Shown: one piece after another, positions 24,612-35,740 of the stretch
Layout: every line of letters begins with the position of its first letter
How positions within the stretch are numbered: position 1 is the first letter of the stretch
NCBI GenBank assembly: GCA_907165135.1
Contig: OU015568.1
Location: 16,627,208-16,691,207 of the forward strand
Direction of reading: 5' to 3'
Length of the DNA: 64,000 nt
Source: Oikopleura dioica
Lineage: Eukaryota > Animalia > Chordata
The notes under the pieces: generated by a model
What the model saw: the letters and a program-made list of their open reading frames with translations, nothing else
Database searches by the model: none
Told to the model about the DNA's origin: nothing
Program-made: the position numbers and the translations under genes

Positions 24612-24916
24612 ACCTGGTGGAGCCGCCAGAGGTGGCGTTTACCAAACTGTACATTGGCTTCTCTTTCCTGCCATCCCTTTTTTGCTCTTTTGTTTCTCCT
24701 CGCGGAGGCGCGCCGCGTTGGCCACCTGCCAACATGTTGACCCAGTGACACTGCTCGTATGATTTCACGCTTCACTTGTCGTACCTTTTTTCTTCCTGAC
24801 CAATTTGCCCTCTTTACAACGCTGGTCATTGTCGCCAAACCAAACGAAAGAGACAAATCAATAAGCGATTCTTTTTTCAGAAGGCAGATTTTTGGAAATA
24901 ATAAGAGAAGAAACTC

Positions 24917-27233
24917 ATGCCGCCCGGGAGCGAGAAGGAAAGAGACGTTTTTGACCATGGAGATGATGGGTATGTACAGAGAAAATTTCAGGACACGTCC
25001 AGTAGTGCCCTATTTTAGCCTGGGCTTGGTTACCTGTGTCGGAGTCAGGTTCTGAATTGCCTTAATGAAAAGCCGCATAGAAAAAGAACGCGGCTTTTCA
25101 TTCAATCTCTTCAGAATCTGACTCAGGTTTTCTACACAGGTTGCCAAGCCCAGTATTTTGCGATAACACAGAAGATTTCTGGGTTTTACTTACCTGATAT
25201 TTACATTTATTTTCCGCGAAAAGAAAACCATTTAGGCAGCATAGATAGATACATGTGTCGATGCTACAGTAGCATAATCTCTAAATATAAATTTCCCAAC
25301 AACTCCTTTTAGAAGAACAACTCTGCCGCCCCTCTTGGAGTCCCTCGCAAAAGGAGAGAAAGACGCGGCGAACATGGTCCTAGCTTACGAGATCTCTGTT
25401 AACGACGAGTTTGAATTGGAGAAAGAAGACCCTGCTGAAGATTCCGTGCAAGGGAAGATCAAGTCTACGGTTGAAAAGGCTTTTTGGGATGTCGTCAGGG
25501 ATAATTTGAAGAATGGGGATGATGAGATGGTTCTTCCAATGATCAGGTAAATTGAAAAAGATCGAAGACTTTCCCCAGCTTTTTCCCAAATTTAACATTT
25601 TGACACCTTTATTTTTCAGAGAAATTCGCGAGCAAATCCTCACCTTCCTGGCGCCCAATTCTGGAACACGGGAGCGCATCAAAGGTCAAATTGACATCGA
25701 GCTGATCGAGCAGCAAATCAACCAAGGAACGATCGACTACGGCGAGCTCTTCGGCGGGTTAATTACCTTACTTGGCCAGTTGTGCTCGCCAGCGCGCGAT
25801 GGACTTGTGGAAAAAGCGAAGAAGGAGACAGATCATGTCTCGCAGATGGCACACATAACCAATTTACTCCGGCTCATGCGAATCGACATGACTAACTACG
25901 CTATCAGACAAATTCGGCCTACCATTCAGGTATTCATTTTCCATAACAAATGATGCGCAAATACGGAATTTATTCAGAAACAACACGTGCAACTCCAGCG
26001 CGAAAATTTCACCAAATGGGCTCAAGGTCGCGGAGACGATGCAACCAGATTGACGGTCAAATGGCTTCGGAATGGAATACTGGAACTTTCCCGCGCCGGC
26101 ATAGAGCCAAAGCCTTTCGATATCTTGCGAAAGTGTTACTGCCTTACTTTGGGAACCATGGACGGTGAGAAAAATTTGGATTCGGCAGCTGTGATTTATA
26201 ATCGGTTTTAGTGAAAGAATGGCCAGAAACACTTGTGAATGAAGCAGAACGACTGTCGATTATCGGAATCGAGTTAAAGAAAATCCTTCTCATCGCTTCG
26301 TCGTTTTTGATCATTGCAGCTGCTGTTCCAAGACCCTACATGTGCGTCAAAAATCAACTCAAAGGTGCTCTCCTTTGAAATCAACCAAAATCTAAAGCAA
26401 TTTTCAAGTCAAATTAATGCCCATCGCCGCCCGAACAAAACTTGAAGACCTTCCCTTGGCAATCGCTGTCCAAGCTATTGAAGAGCTCAAATCGTTCAAC
26501 TTGCCTGACGATGTCCAAAATGTGATTCAAGGGCAGATTACCGACCTCAATGATACCCATTCCATCTACAGCCTTCTCCATAAACGAGGTAAAATGACGA
26601 AGAATCGATTTCAAAGCGGAAATTTTGAATTAAAAATGATCTTCGGAAACAAATAGTCATCTGAATAATTAATACAGAATAAATTTATAAGTCAGGACTT
26701 ATGATAGTTTACATAAATAAATTCCGCCTCAGATTTCAATTTACGTCAATTTTTGTGATTCACGCTAAAGCGGAGTTTCTATTTTCTTTTGCAGAATTTT
26801 TAATGAAGTTTCCAATAAGCCCTGCCTAATCAATATTTTCAGCGATGGACTTTCTGTCTGAAATCGCAGTTCCATCATCCAACAACGCCCCAGAAACACC
26901 CAAAGGTCTATCAAACATTCAAACCGAGCTCGCCCAACTGGCCACCATCTTCGGCCGCGTCTGCGGGATGAACAGAATGGTCTTCGCCGAGTTCTACTGT
27001 CATACGATCAAACAGATGTTGGAGGCTAATTCAGGCCCGTTGACGCCTGGAAGGTCGCAGCAAATTGACGATCTAAGTCGATCTCCCGAATCTCCTGCCC
27101 GATCGCCTAGAAGCCCTGCGAATTCTGGGTTGACTCCTAGAAAAGGTACGATATAAAAAACCCATCTTTCGGTAAACATTACTAAGAAAAACCCTCTCCA
27201 ACTCCAGCAAACGACGACCTCGACCTCGACTGA
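24917..27233 (+). CDS. TCP11L: TCP11/SOK1 family protein
   Basis: NMVLAYEISVNDEF...KSTVEKAFWD, EIREQILTFL, GQIDIELIEQQI, LCSPARD, LMRIDMTNYAIRQIRP. Confidence 0.85.
25020..25153. mobile_element. hAT-like MITE copy in TCP11L intron 1
   Basis: CTGGGCTTGG...CCAAGCCCAG with flanks TATTTTAGC and TATTTTGC (8-bp TSD with one indel). Confidence 0.75.
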
Positions 27234-27937
27234 CCTCAAAATCAACATCAAACATGTTCCTTTTTCCTTTTTGCCCATATTAAAAATACATTCAACTTAT
27301 GTGACCATGCAATTCTTTTTCAATGTTTCTAATAAATCAGATATTCTTGTGATAAAAGAAAAGACGTGTTGCTAACAAGCTAACATGCACGTCTTGATAG
27401 CTCCGCGTTAGGGTTGTTTTTGCATCATCATTTCTTTATCACTTTTTTGGTTCTTGAAAGAGAGAAGCAGAAAAAGAGAAAGGTGAAGAAGAGATGAAAT
27501 TAGGACTGGTTGGAAGAAGCTTCAGACGCAGGGCATCTTTGATGAATTATTTGTATTTATGAACAAGCGTAACAACAAAATTTAAATAATTATCCAACAT
27601 TTTGAAGCTGCAGCTCTCATAATCGCCGCCGTTGATGCGGGAAAAAACAAGGAGCATTTCAAAAGTTTTGCATTAACAATAGTAAATCTCTTAATGGAGT
27701 CTGGCGATTTCCACTAATTCATGAAATTCGTAAAAGCGAGAGAACAAAATGGCTGCCGCCTTGCAAAAAGGCATGCAAGAAGCGGATGCTTTAGCGGCGC
27801 AGTTTCAGGCGGACCAGGCTGATGTTGGGGAGTTGTACTCCACGGGCTCTCAGGAATTGGTCTTTCTTCTCCATCTGATTTTTGACGGCTACAAATGCAG
27901 GTCCATGATTGTCAATAAGAATTTTCGATGGTATAGG

Positions 27938-28600
27938 CTGGGCTTGTCAACCTGTGTAAATAACCTGACTTAGGTTTAGGTCTCAAAGATCAGTAATGAA
28001 AAGCTTCGTAGGCAGAATTTCAATAGATTAAAATGGAGGCTACGCGGCTTTTCATTAACCGTATGCGTCTCGGTCAGAGCACCCCCTGTGCGGCTCGCGG
28101 GGGAATTTTTTTCACCCGCCCATCTAGAAGAATTTATGCCTTATTTTACGCGTCTTCGGGGCAAAATGGGCTGACTCTCGTGTTATCAGAGTCTTGGAGA
28201 CAGATAATCTTCAATTTTTGGTGTTTTTCAGGCGAGCTAGAGACTGTTATGTAACAAATTTCATGTTCTGGAGACGAAAACGCACCAACTTTACGCGCGT
28301 TCCTTCGATTTTCTAGACAGATTTCATGTTCTCGAGACAAAAAATGGCCATTTTTGACGGTTTTTTTACAATTTACTCATTGATGGAAAATACCAACATA
28401 TCATTTTTATTATCTTAGGAGATAGGAAATTTGATATTGATTCTTATTTTTTTGAATTTTTGAATTTGGACCAAAAATGGCCGAGAAATTGGCAAAAAGG
28501 GGGCGCGGGGGAAAAAAAGTCCCCCCGCGAGCCGCATACGGTTAATGATCTTTCAAATCTAAACCTAAGTCAGGTTAGGGTTAGGCTTAACCCGAGCCTC
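27938..28600. mobile_element. hAT-like MITE interrupted by a second element
   Basis: Left TIR CTGGGCTTGTCAACCTGTGTAAA. The host sequence GCGGCTTTTCATTAA resumes after 28545; the right end is degenerate. Confidence 0.65.
28055..28545. mobile_element. piggyBac-like MITE (TTAA TSD, CC..GG termini) nested in the hAT-like MITE
   Basis: TTAA-CCGTATGCG...CGCATACGG-TTAA, with subterminal GCGGCTCGCGGGGG/CCCCCCGCGAGCCGC. Confidence 0.75.
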
Positions 28601-28620
28601 TGTCCGTTCACCTTTTTTAG

Positions 28621-31078
28621 ATGAACCTATTCTCAACGAAGTTATTTTTGATTTGGAGCCCTAAAAAGGGCTTCGATGTTTTGTACTCCCGAATTCGGTT
28701 CTTCTCAAAATAAATGCTCTCGCGAGTTCGAAAGTCTTCTGTGTCGCCCCCAGCTCGTGATTTTGAAGGACTATTGGAAGATCCTTGACCTCATCACGCG
28801 TTTGTCTTCTAAATTGCTTATACCCCGCCGCCTGGATATACCAGACGATAGGGTACCCCCTTTCCGGGGCCGCCCCAAATGTGAGCTCTCTGCGAAATTT
28901 CTCCGCTTATATACGCGCAGGTGAGAAGCACCATCAGATCTAGAGAAAATAGGTGTCCAAGGGCCGACAGAAAGGAAGCATGCGTTATCTAGAAAGAAAT
29001 TCTGATGGTGTTTCTCAGCAATTGCGCCGCTGAAGAAAGATTCTTCTGGTCTAGAAATGAAAATGCTCTGCGTTTCTCACCTGCGCGTATATAAACGGAG
29101 AAATTTCGCAGCGAGCTCACATTTGAGGCGACCCGAAATTGGGGTACCCCGTTGTCTGGTACATCCAGGCGGCGGGGTATTTGCAAAAGTTAGAAGACAG
29201 AACCGCAGTCACGAGTCCAGGAAATGGAAAAGGTGAAAGTAGATGAGCGGCCCAGGCGCAGTTGAAGAAAGCCACGAGGGATGACCCGTCATCAAGGACC
29301 TGATCAAGAGCGAGAAATCGAAGCGAACGCTGTCAGCGCATAACTGGTCGCAGCAAGCTTTGTTCGACGAATCAGCCGAACGAAAACAGTAGCCCTTTTT
29401 AGGGCTCCAAATCTTTTTTATCTCACCTAATTCTCAAAAGTAAGTTACTGATGATTATGAAAGTAAAATTCCGTCTGGCTATTTTTCCTCGAGTGGCCAT
29501 CAAAAAAAGCGCGTCAATTCTAACAGTGTCTTCAATGATATCATGCTAACGAATGTGCAGCGGCTGTTCCTAGACGGTTCTTTGGAAGGAAACGGTCGGA
29601 CCCTTTCCAGCGACGAGCGCACTGCAATCAAAAACAAGGAGTGGAAGCTCTGGACGGACAAGCAAGGCAACTACATCGTTCCATTCTACTTCGACCCGAA
29701 ATTCCCACAATCTGCTCGCGAACGCGTTCGTAAAGCAATTCAGGACTTTACCGACTGGACCTGCATTCGTTTCACAGAGACAAGACTCTCCGACCGATCC
29801 TATGATCATCGAATCCGAGTTTCAGACACCGGAAAGGGTTGTTTCTCCTATGTCGGCTTGGTAGATTCGGTGTCCTCCCAGGACCTCTCGCTCGACGTGG
29901 TCCAGTGCACTGACGAAGTCTGGGAAATTCAACACGAGTTTATGCACGCTTTAGGTATAATTATCGGCTTTCCGTTAAATTAAATATACCTATCTAAATT
30001 TATTCCCACAGCGGCTGGAAAAGACTGTTCCTGAATCACGCTTCCATTTTATTCTATTTGCTGAATTTTGTAATTTCGGCCGAAGGAATTAAAATTAACA
30101 ATTATCTTGAAGGATTCTGGCACGAACAGCAACGAGGAGATCGTGATGATTACGTCTATGTCGACCGTGGAAACTGCCTTCAGAGCCATTTTGGCACGGA
30201 TTACTGAAAACTAAATATATATGATATAATATCATTCGAATCGCAAATTTTCCCCTAAGAATGATTCAAGCTCTTATCCTCCATGAATCCGCAATAAAGC
30301 ATTTTCCGTAAATTACGGTAAACTTGGTCCAAATCATCCATTCATCGACGACGAGTGGCTGGACCTCGGAGACTCTTACGATTATAACTCGGTGATGCAA
30401 TACGATGGAAACTTTTGCCAGATCACATCCCAGCCAGTAATCTCCTACGCCAACGATAGGAAGAAAGCTGTTGTGCCAAAGTAAGGAAAACTCCCATCCG
30501 TCGAAAAATAAACATAAAAATTCAAGCGCGAAACGACTTTCCTCCTTGGACGTGATTCAAATCAACAAAAAGTACCAGTGCCATCGAATTGACAAGAAAT
30601 ACCTCAATCTCGGAATGTGTGGCCCAGGAGCCTCTGCTCACAAGAAATATTTCATTCAAGGTAATGGGTTCGAGGTGGTCTCATTGAAAGAAAACAGCTG
30701 AAAAAATGAGGCTTCAGGTCACAAATGCGATGGAATCAAAGACTGCGAAGATGGCAAAGATGAGAGGGATTGTATCCGACAAGATGCAGTAACGACCAAA
30801 CCAACAGCAACAACAAAAAGAACAACTACAACAAAACAGACAACGACAAAAGCAACCACTAGACGGACGACAACTAAGAAAATAACTACAACCAAGGCCG
30901 CAACCACCAGAATAACAACAACGAGAAGAACAACAAGAGCTTCAGCCAAGCCAACCTTCACAACTCAAAGCGGTAGGATTACAATTTGTAAACTTATTGG
31001 CTTATATAAAATCCTCATAAAGGTATCGTGTTTATTGCTCTCTTGCAATTGAGTGTCAATCAGTTTTCAATCGAGTGA
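28621..31078 (+). CDS. Astacin-family zinc metalloprotease with LDLa-like module, Thr-rich stalk and hydrophobic tail
   Basis: HEFMHALG|FWHEQQRGDRDDYV, SYDYNSVMQY Met-turn, WTCIRF, CDGIKDCEDGKDERDC and TT-rich region. The signal-peptide exon is inferred from the ATG at 28621. Confidence 0.85.
28650..29413. mobile_element. Foldback element with terminal and long internal inverted repeats, inside the astacin 5' region
   Basis: GATTTGGAGCCCTAAAAAGGGCT and AGCCCTTTTTAGGGCTCCAAATC termini, plus a ~100-bp internal IR (about 28823-28928 vs 29068-29178). Confidence 0.75.
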
Positions 31079-31325
31079 ACTTCGTATTTTCTTAAAAGTT
31101 CATTTACTAACACAAGTTGGATAACTTTTGCTGAGCCTGCTAGGAGATATGATGGAAAAAATGAAGATTTGAAGAAAAAAAAATACTGATTTTATTTGAT
31201 TTATTTTCTTTGGCGCGAAGATTTTCTTGAAGAAATACATGCATTTGTTTGTCTGGAAAATGAACAGTCAGGGGAGGTTTGAACTTATGGAGAATTGAAG
31301 AAAGAATTGAACGGAGGGTTGAGTT

Positions 31326-34300
31326 TTAAAATGATTGATTCGGCAAGAGCTTCAGAGGATTTTCTTCAGTTTTAAAGTCGTCGTCGTTTGGTCTAAAAAG
31401 AGTAAAACGAAGAAAAAAATAAAGCTAACCTGATCGTTTTGGTCTTTTTTATTTTTTCGTTTGTTTTTCTGTGGTTTTGGAGGTGTCCGATTTGGATCGT
31501 TAGGATGGTATTTCTAAGGCAAAGTAAATCGACAAGATAGAAAAAGGGAAAATAACCTTCATATGATCATCGTAATGATTTTTCTTATAAAATCCTTCTT
31601 GGCAGGGTTTGCATGTGTGGGTAGGCCAATTCAAGTGTCGACGATGATGTCGGAACTTTTGGTCCAAACTGTTGAAGGTTCGTACTTGACGAGAAGCGTC
31701 TTTTTTCGGGAAAAAGCGGCACATATCACAGTGATATTCATTCTCCTGGTCGTAGCCTGCATCCGATCTTTCGTTAATTTCTACAATCTCGCCGCGTTCA
31801 AAAAGTTGCTAAAAATTTTCCCCATCGAGTAAATTTTTCAAAGTTTACCTGCGCAATTTCGCTTCGTTCTTCCTCGGATAAAGTTTTTAGTATTTCCTTC
31901 TTTCCAAGCATATCTCTCAGACTGGGAGAGTTCTTGCAAGTAGGTTGAGTCTGTACCATTACAGCGTCCGCTTTCGGTTCAAAACCCGTCGAGACATTGT
32001 TATTGACAGCGTGGTAATCGCCGGTGTCGTGGATATTTTGCTGAAATGATTGAGCGTGCAAAGTAACAGAACTCGTTTGTTCCACATAAACCGGGCCAAA
32101 TTCAGGTTTTTTATCAAAGCTACCGAGCTCATTTGATGAGATAAGTTGCTCGTGATAATAATCGAGATCGTTTTCGTCGTTCATCTAGTACAGTTAATTT
32201 TTTTATTGTCGAAATTGTTATTCTTTACCTGTTCTGAGCCGTTGTATGGGAACATTTTGTCGAATTCCGTAACTAGATCCGTTTCTGTATCGCCCATTGC
32301 ATCATAGTTTGGCAGGGCATTCGTGCTTGTCGGAGCAGTGTCAGTGACATTTGAAGAATTATGTGAGTCTTGAAAAAGATTTGAGGATAACCTTGGTAAG
32401 CTTACTCGGTATAAGCTAAAACAGTATTAAGGACTCCCCCCTTCAACTTTTTCGACAAACTCGAATTTCGGAGTTAACTCCCTGACGCACTGTGAACCAA
32501 AAATTTTGGTATTAAGGGGTCCCCCTCCGGAATTTCAAATCTTGATGACGGGCCCCTTTGAGACATATTTAGATTCCCCGTGTTCAGTGCATCATTTTGA
32601 TGTATTAAAGTCCCCCCATAAAAATATCTTAACCAAAAATTTTAGGCTTCAAAAATCGCAAAAATGCATGTAAATTGTACTTAGCGTGGAAATCGTAATT
32701 TTTTCGACTTTTCAATGTTCTCAAAAATATACATATAAGGGGTCTATCGAAAGCTCAGAATGTACTGATTAAGAATATAATAACGGCAAAAGAATTTTCG
32801 GCCATAATTCGGCGCTAGAGAGGAATTTAATGCCAAAAATTGGCAAAAATGGGTTTGAATAGTTTTTCTTTAGAAAAATTTTTCTCGCTTTATCAATCAT
32901 GCTAAAGCTACTTGCAAATTCAGATAAGCGTCTATTCTTTCTAGTCTGCAAGTTTTAAGATCAAAACAAATGAAATTTTATTTCGGCTTGAAAACACCCC
33001 AAAAAGGCGTTTTCTGAAAATTCGAGTTTTTCAAGAGCCTCTGGTGGCACGTTTGGCATTTCGAAAAGAGCTAAAGCTACTTGCAAATTGCAATGAAGGC
33101 ATAAACTTTCATATGCAATTGAAATTAGATAAATTCACAATGCCAAACAAAAATTATTTCAAGTCAAAGTTGCCGATTCCGGGGGAGGATCCCTTAAGGG
33201 ACCCGGGCGAGTAACGCGAAGTCCAACTTCACGCGGTCGCCATCGATCTTTCAGAAAAGCTTTTTTGAAATTTGAGTTTTTTCGGAAAACAAAAAGGAAG
33301 GGTCTTTAATAATACCTGATATTTTTGGAAAATTGTAATGTTGCTGATTGGAGCAATATTGGTCCTCAAAGGTGTTCGACGAGGGCGAGTTTAGCTGATC
33401 AAAAATGTCTTCCAGCGAACCTAAGCTTGTTGTCGTAAAATCAATCTGCGATGCCTGACTTTTCTGCGAGGCATTGTAGAAGGGCAGGTTCCCGTACTGA
33501 TTATTTTGCGGATTCTGTAATTGAGGAGTCAGCTGACTAGCAGGAACATGGTTTTGAAAACGCGCACCAGTGTGATTCTGATTGTAGATGTTATGCATCT
33601 TGTTGGTAAAGTTTGTGTTGATCGGCATTTGATTCGAGGAGGTCGTATTTTGGTTTTGGACAATTGGAGAAAAAGTCTCGATAGGACTACCAACAGGCCC
33701 ATGTACATCGCCTTCTTCATAATAACCTACGATGACTTCATTCGAAGCGTGATAGTCTGTATCTTCATATCTATCAGTTTTTGTGAGAGAATCATCAAAT
33801 CTTGGCCTCTTTGCTTCAACGGGCACATAATTGATGTCGCTGATTTTCGGAGTCTCTTCATTATTTGTCTTAAAAAATGTGTCACTTGACACGAGTACGC
33901 TGCGACAAGGCTGAATGAAAAATCACAGTACCTGATCCGTATGACCATAATCACCAGGGATGAAATGCTTCCGTGAAGTCATCGGATTGTCGGCAATTGA
34001 TGTTGATGAGTTTGAAGGCATCCAACCCGGTGAATCAGTATCGTTCATGAGCCACTGGGTGATTTTGGCGACTCTTTCTTTCTCCATTTTTTGTTCCTCC
34101 GGCGTCATATTTTTCTCATCCATTGCGTCCATAAATTCGAGAGCGCTTTCGAATTCCTCCAAGTTCTTTTGCTGAGTTTCGTTGTTCCCAACTTGCCAAT
34201 CATTTCCACTATCGTTGTGTAAATTGACGTTGGATACGTAATAGTTCTGAGAAACAGCAGTCTGTGATTGAGGAGTCAGATGACCAGCGAAAGCAGCGTT

Positions 34301-35060
34301 TTGAAAAGGCGCGTCGGCGATATTCTGATTGTTCGGTGTATGCATTGTGTTTGTTGAATTTGAAATGATTGGCATTTGATTTGAGGGCACCGTATTCTGG
34401 TTGTTTTGCAGATTCTGTGATTGAGGAGTCAGCTGACTAGAAGGAACAGGGTTTTGAAAACGCGCACCATAGTGACTCTGATTATGAATGTTATGCATCG
34501 TGTTGGGAAAATTGGTATTGATCGGCATTTGATTCGAGGAGACCGTATTTTGAATGACGTTGTTGTAAGCAATTGAAGCTATTGGTTGAACTGAACTTGT
34601 TGTATAAGAATCGACGTTTGACAGGTAACAGTTCTGAGAACCATTGGAGCACGGATTCTGTAATTGAGGAAGAATTTGAACAGCGAAAGCAGCGTTTTGA
34701 GAAGACGCCCCAGAATGGTTCTGATTTTCTCTCGTATGCATGGCATTGGTTGAATTGGTGTTGGTCTGCATTTGATGCAAGGGAGCCTCGTTTTGCTTGA
34801 AGTTGTGATTGAGGGACATATTGGCTAAGCTTGGTGTAGCAGGAACGACATTTGAGCCATTATGACTGCGTTGAATAGTTTGATCCGCTGAAAAATTATT
34901 TCAAAATTGACTTTTCTAACTTTAATTTACTGTGTAGATTTCACACGATTCTTCAATGTTAAAATATATTGTTCCGAATTGAAGTACCTGCAAAAGCTTG
35001 TGTTTGAAGTTGATGACAACCATTTCCGAAAATGGGATTTTCAGTGGTCGGCGCGACCAT
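31326..35060 (-). CDS. Lineage-specific C2H2 zinc-finger protein, paralog A (long Q/N-rich N-terminus with internal repeats)
   Basis: Large exons 33923-34873 and 33317-33892. C-terminal fingers CRFFP...KFRHHRRH and HTCKPCQEGFYKKNHYDDHMK. Exon joining across 32.4-33.3 kb is uncertain; this could be two genes. Confidence 0.6.
32512..33197. mobile_element. TTAA-ended TIR element (Kolobok-like) in a zinc-finger gene intron
   Basis: TTAAGGGGTCCCCCTCCGGAAT and ATTCCGGGGGAGGATCCCTTAA. Confidence 0.65.
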
Positions 35061-35594
35061 TTTTCTCTACCATGAAAGCACCGATTGTCTACGAGTGCGG
35101 TTTTTCATCGGAGCCTAGAAAGGGAAAAATACGTATGTATAGATCGTAAAAAAAAGTTGACAGTTGACTTATCATAACTTTTTGCTTGTAGATAGAGAAT
35201 TTTTCCAGCTTTCAGAAAATATATAGTTTGATATATAAAATCGGAAATTGAAAAATGACCTTTCTAACAGTGTAATTTTACTGAACGCTAGTGCATAAGC
35301 GCGCCCATAGAAAGTTGCGTATCTCGTGATCAAGATGAGATATTTGAAATATCATATTTCAGATCTGAAAAAAGATTTGGAATCCGCATAAGCTAAATAA
35401 AAAGAAATGATTTGGTCGACTCGTAAGACAGACCGTTATCCGATCGTTGTTGACACCCTTAATAAAAGAAATGAGGGAAGAAGTGAATGTGTTTCGACCC
35501 TACAATTATTATTTTGACCGAAAAAGCACCTAACACTTTCCCTAAACCAGATATAGAAGAAAAAATTCCTCCCTTCATTTGCACCTCTCTTTAG

Positions 35595-35648
35595 GAAATT
35601 CAACTGAAGAAAAAATACCAGTGCCATCGAATCGACAAGAAACCTCGG
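35595..35648 (+). pseudogene. Short duplicated fragment of the astacin 3' region
   Basis: AAAAATACCAGTGCCATCGAATCGACAAGAA matches 30566-30597. Confidence 0.6.
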
Positions 35649-35740
35649 TGATTTGATTTGTGACCATCGTAAAAAAGAAGACAGGGTAAAAAAAGGATAA
35701 AATTACGTGCGCTCTGAAATAGTAAAAAAGGGAAATGGGA

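Noticed and set aside
28573-28586. TTAGGG-like telomeric hexamers (also at 59042 and 63573)
   Set aside because: Only 1-2 units each; expected by chance or as part of MITE ends.
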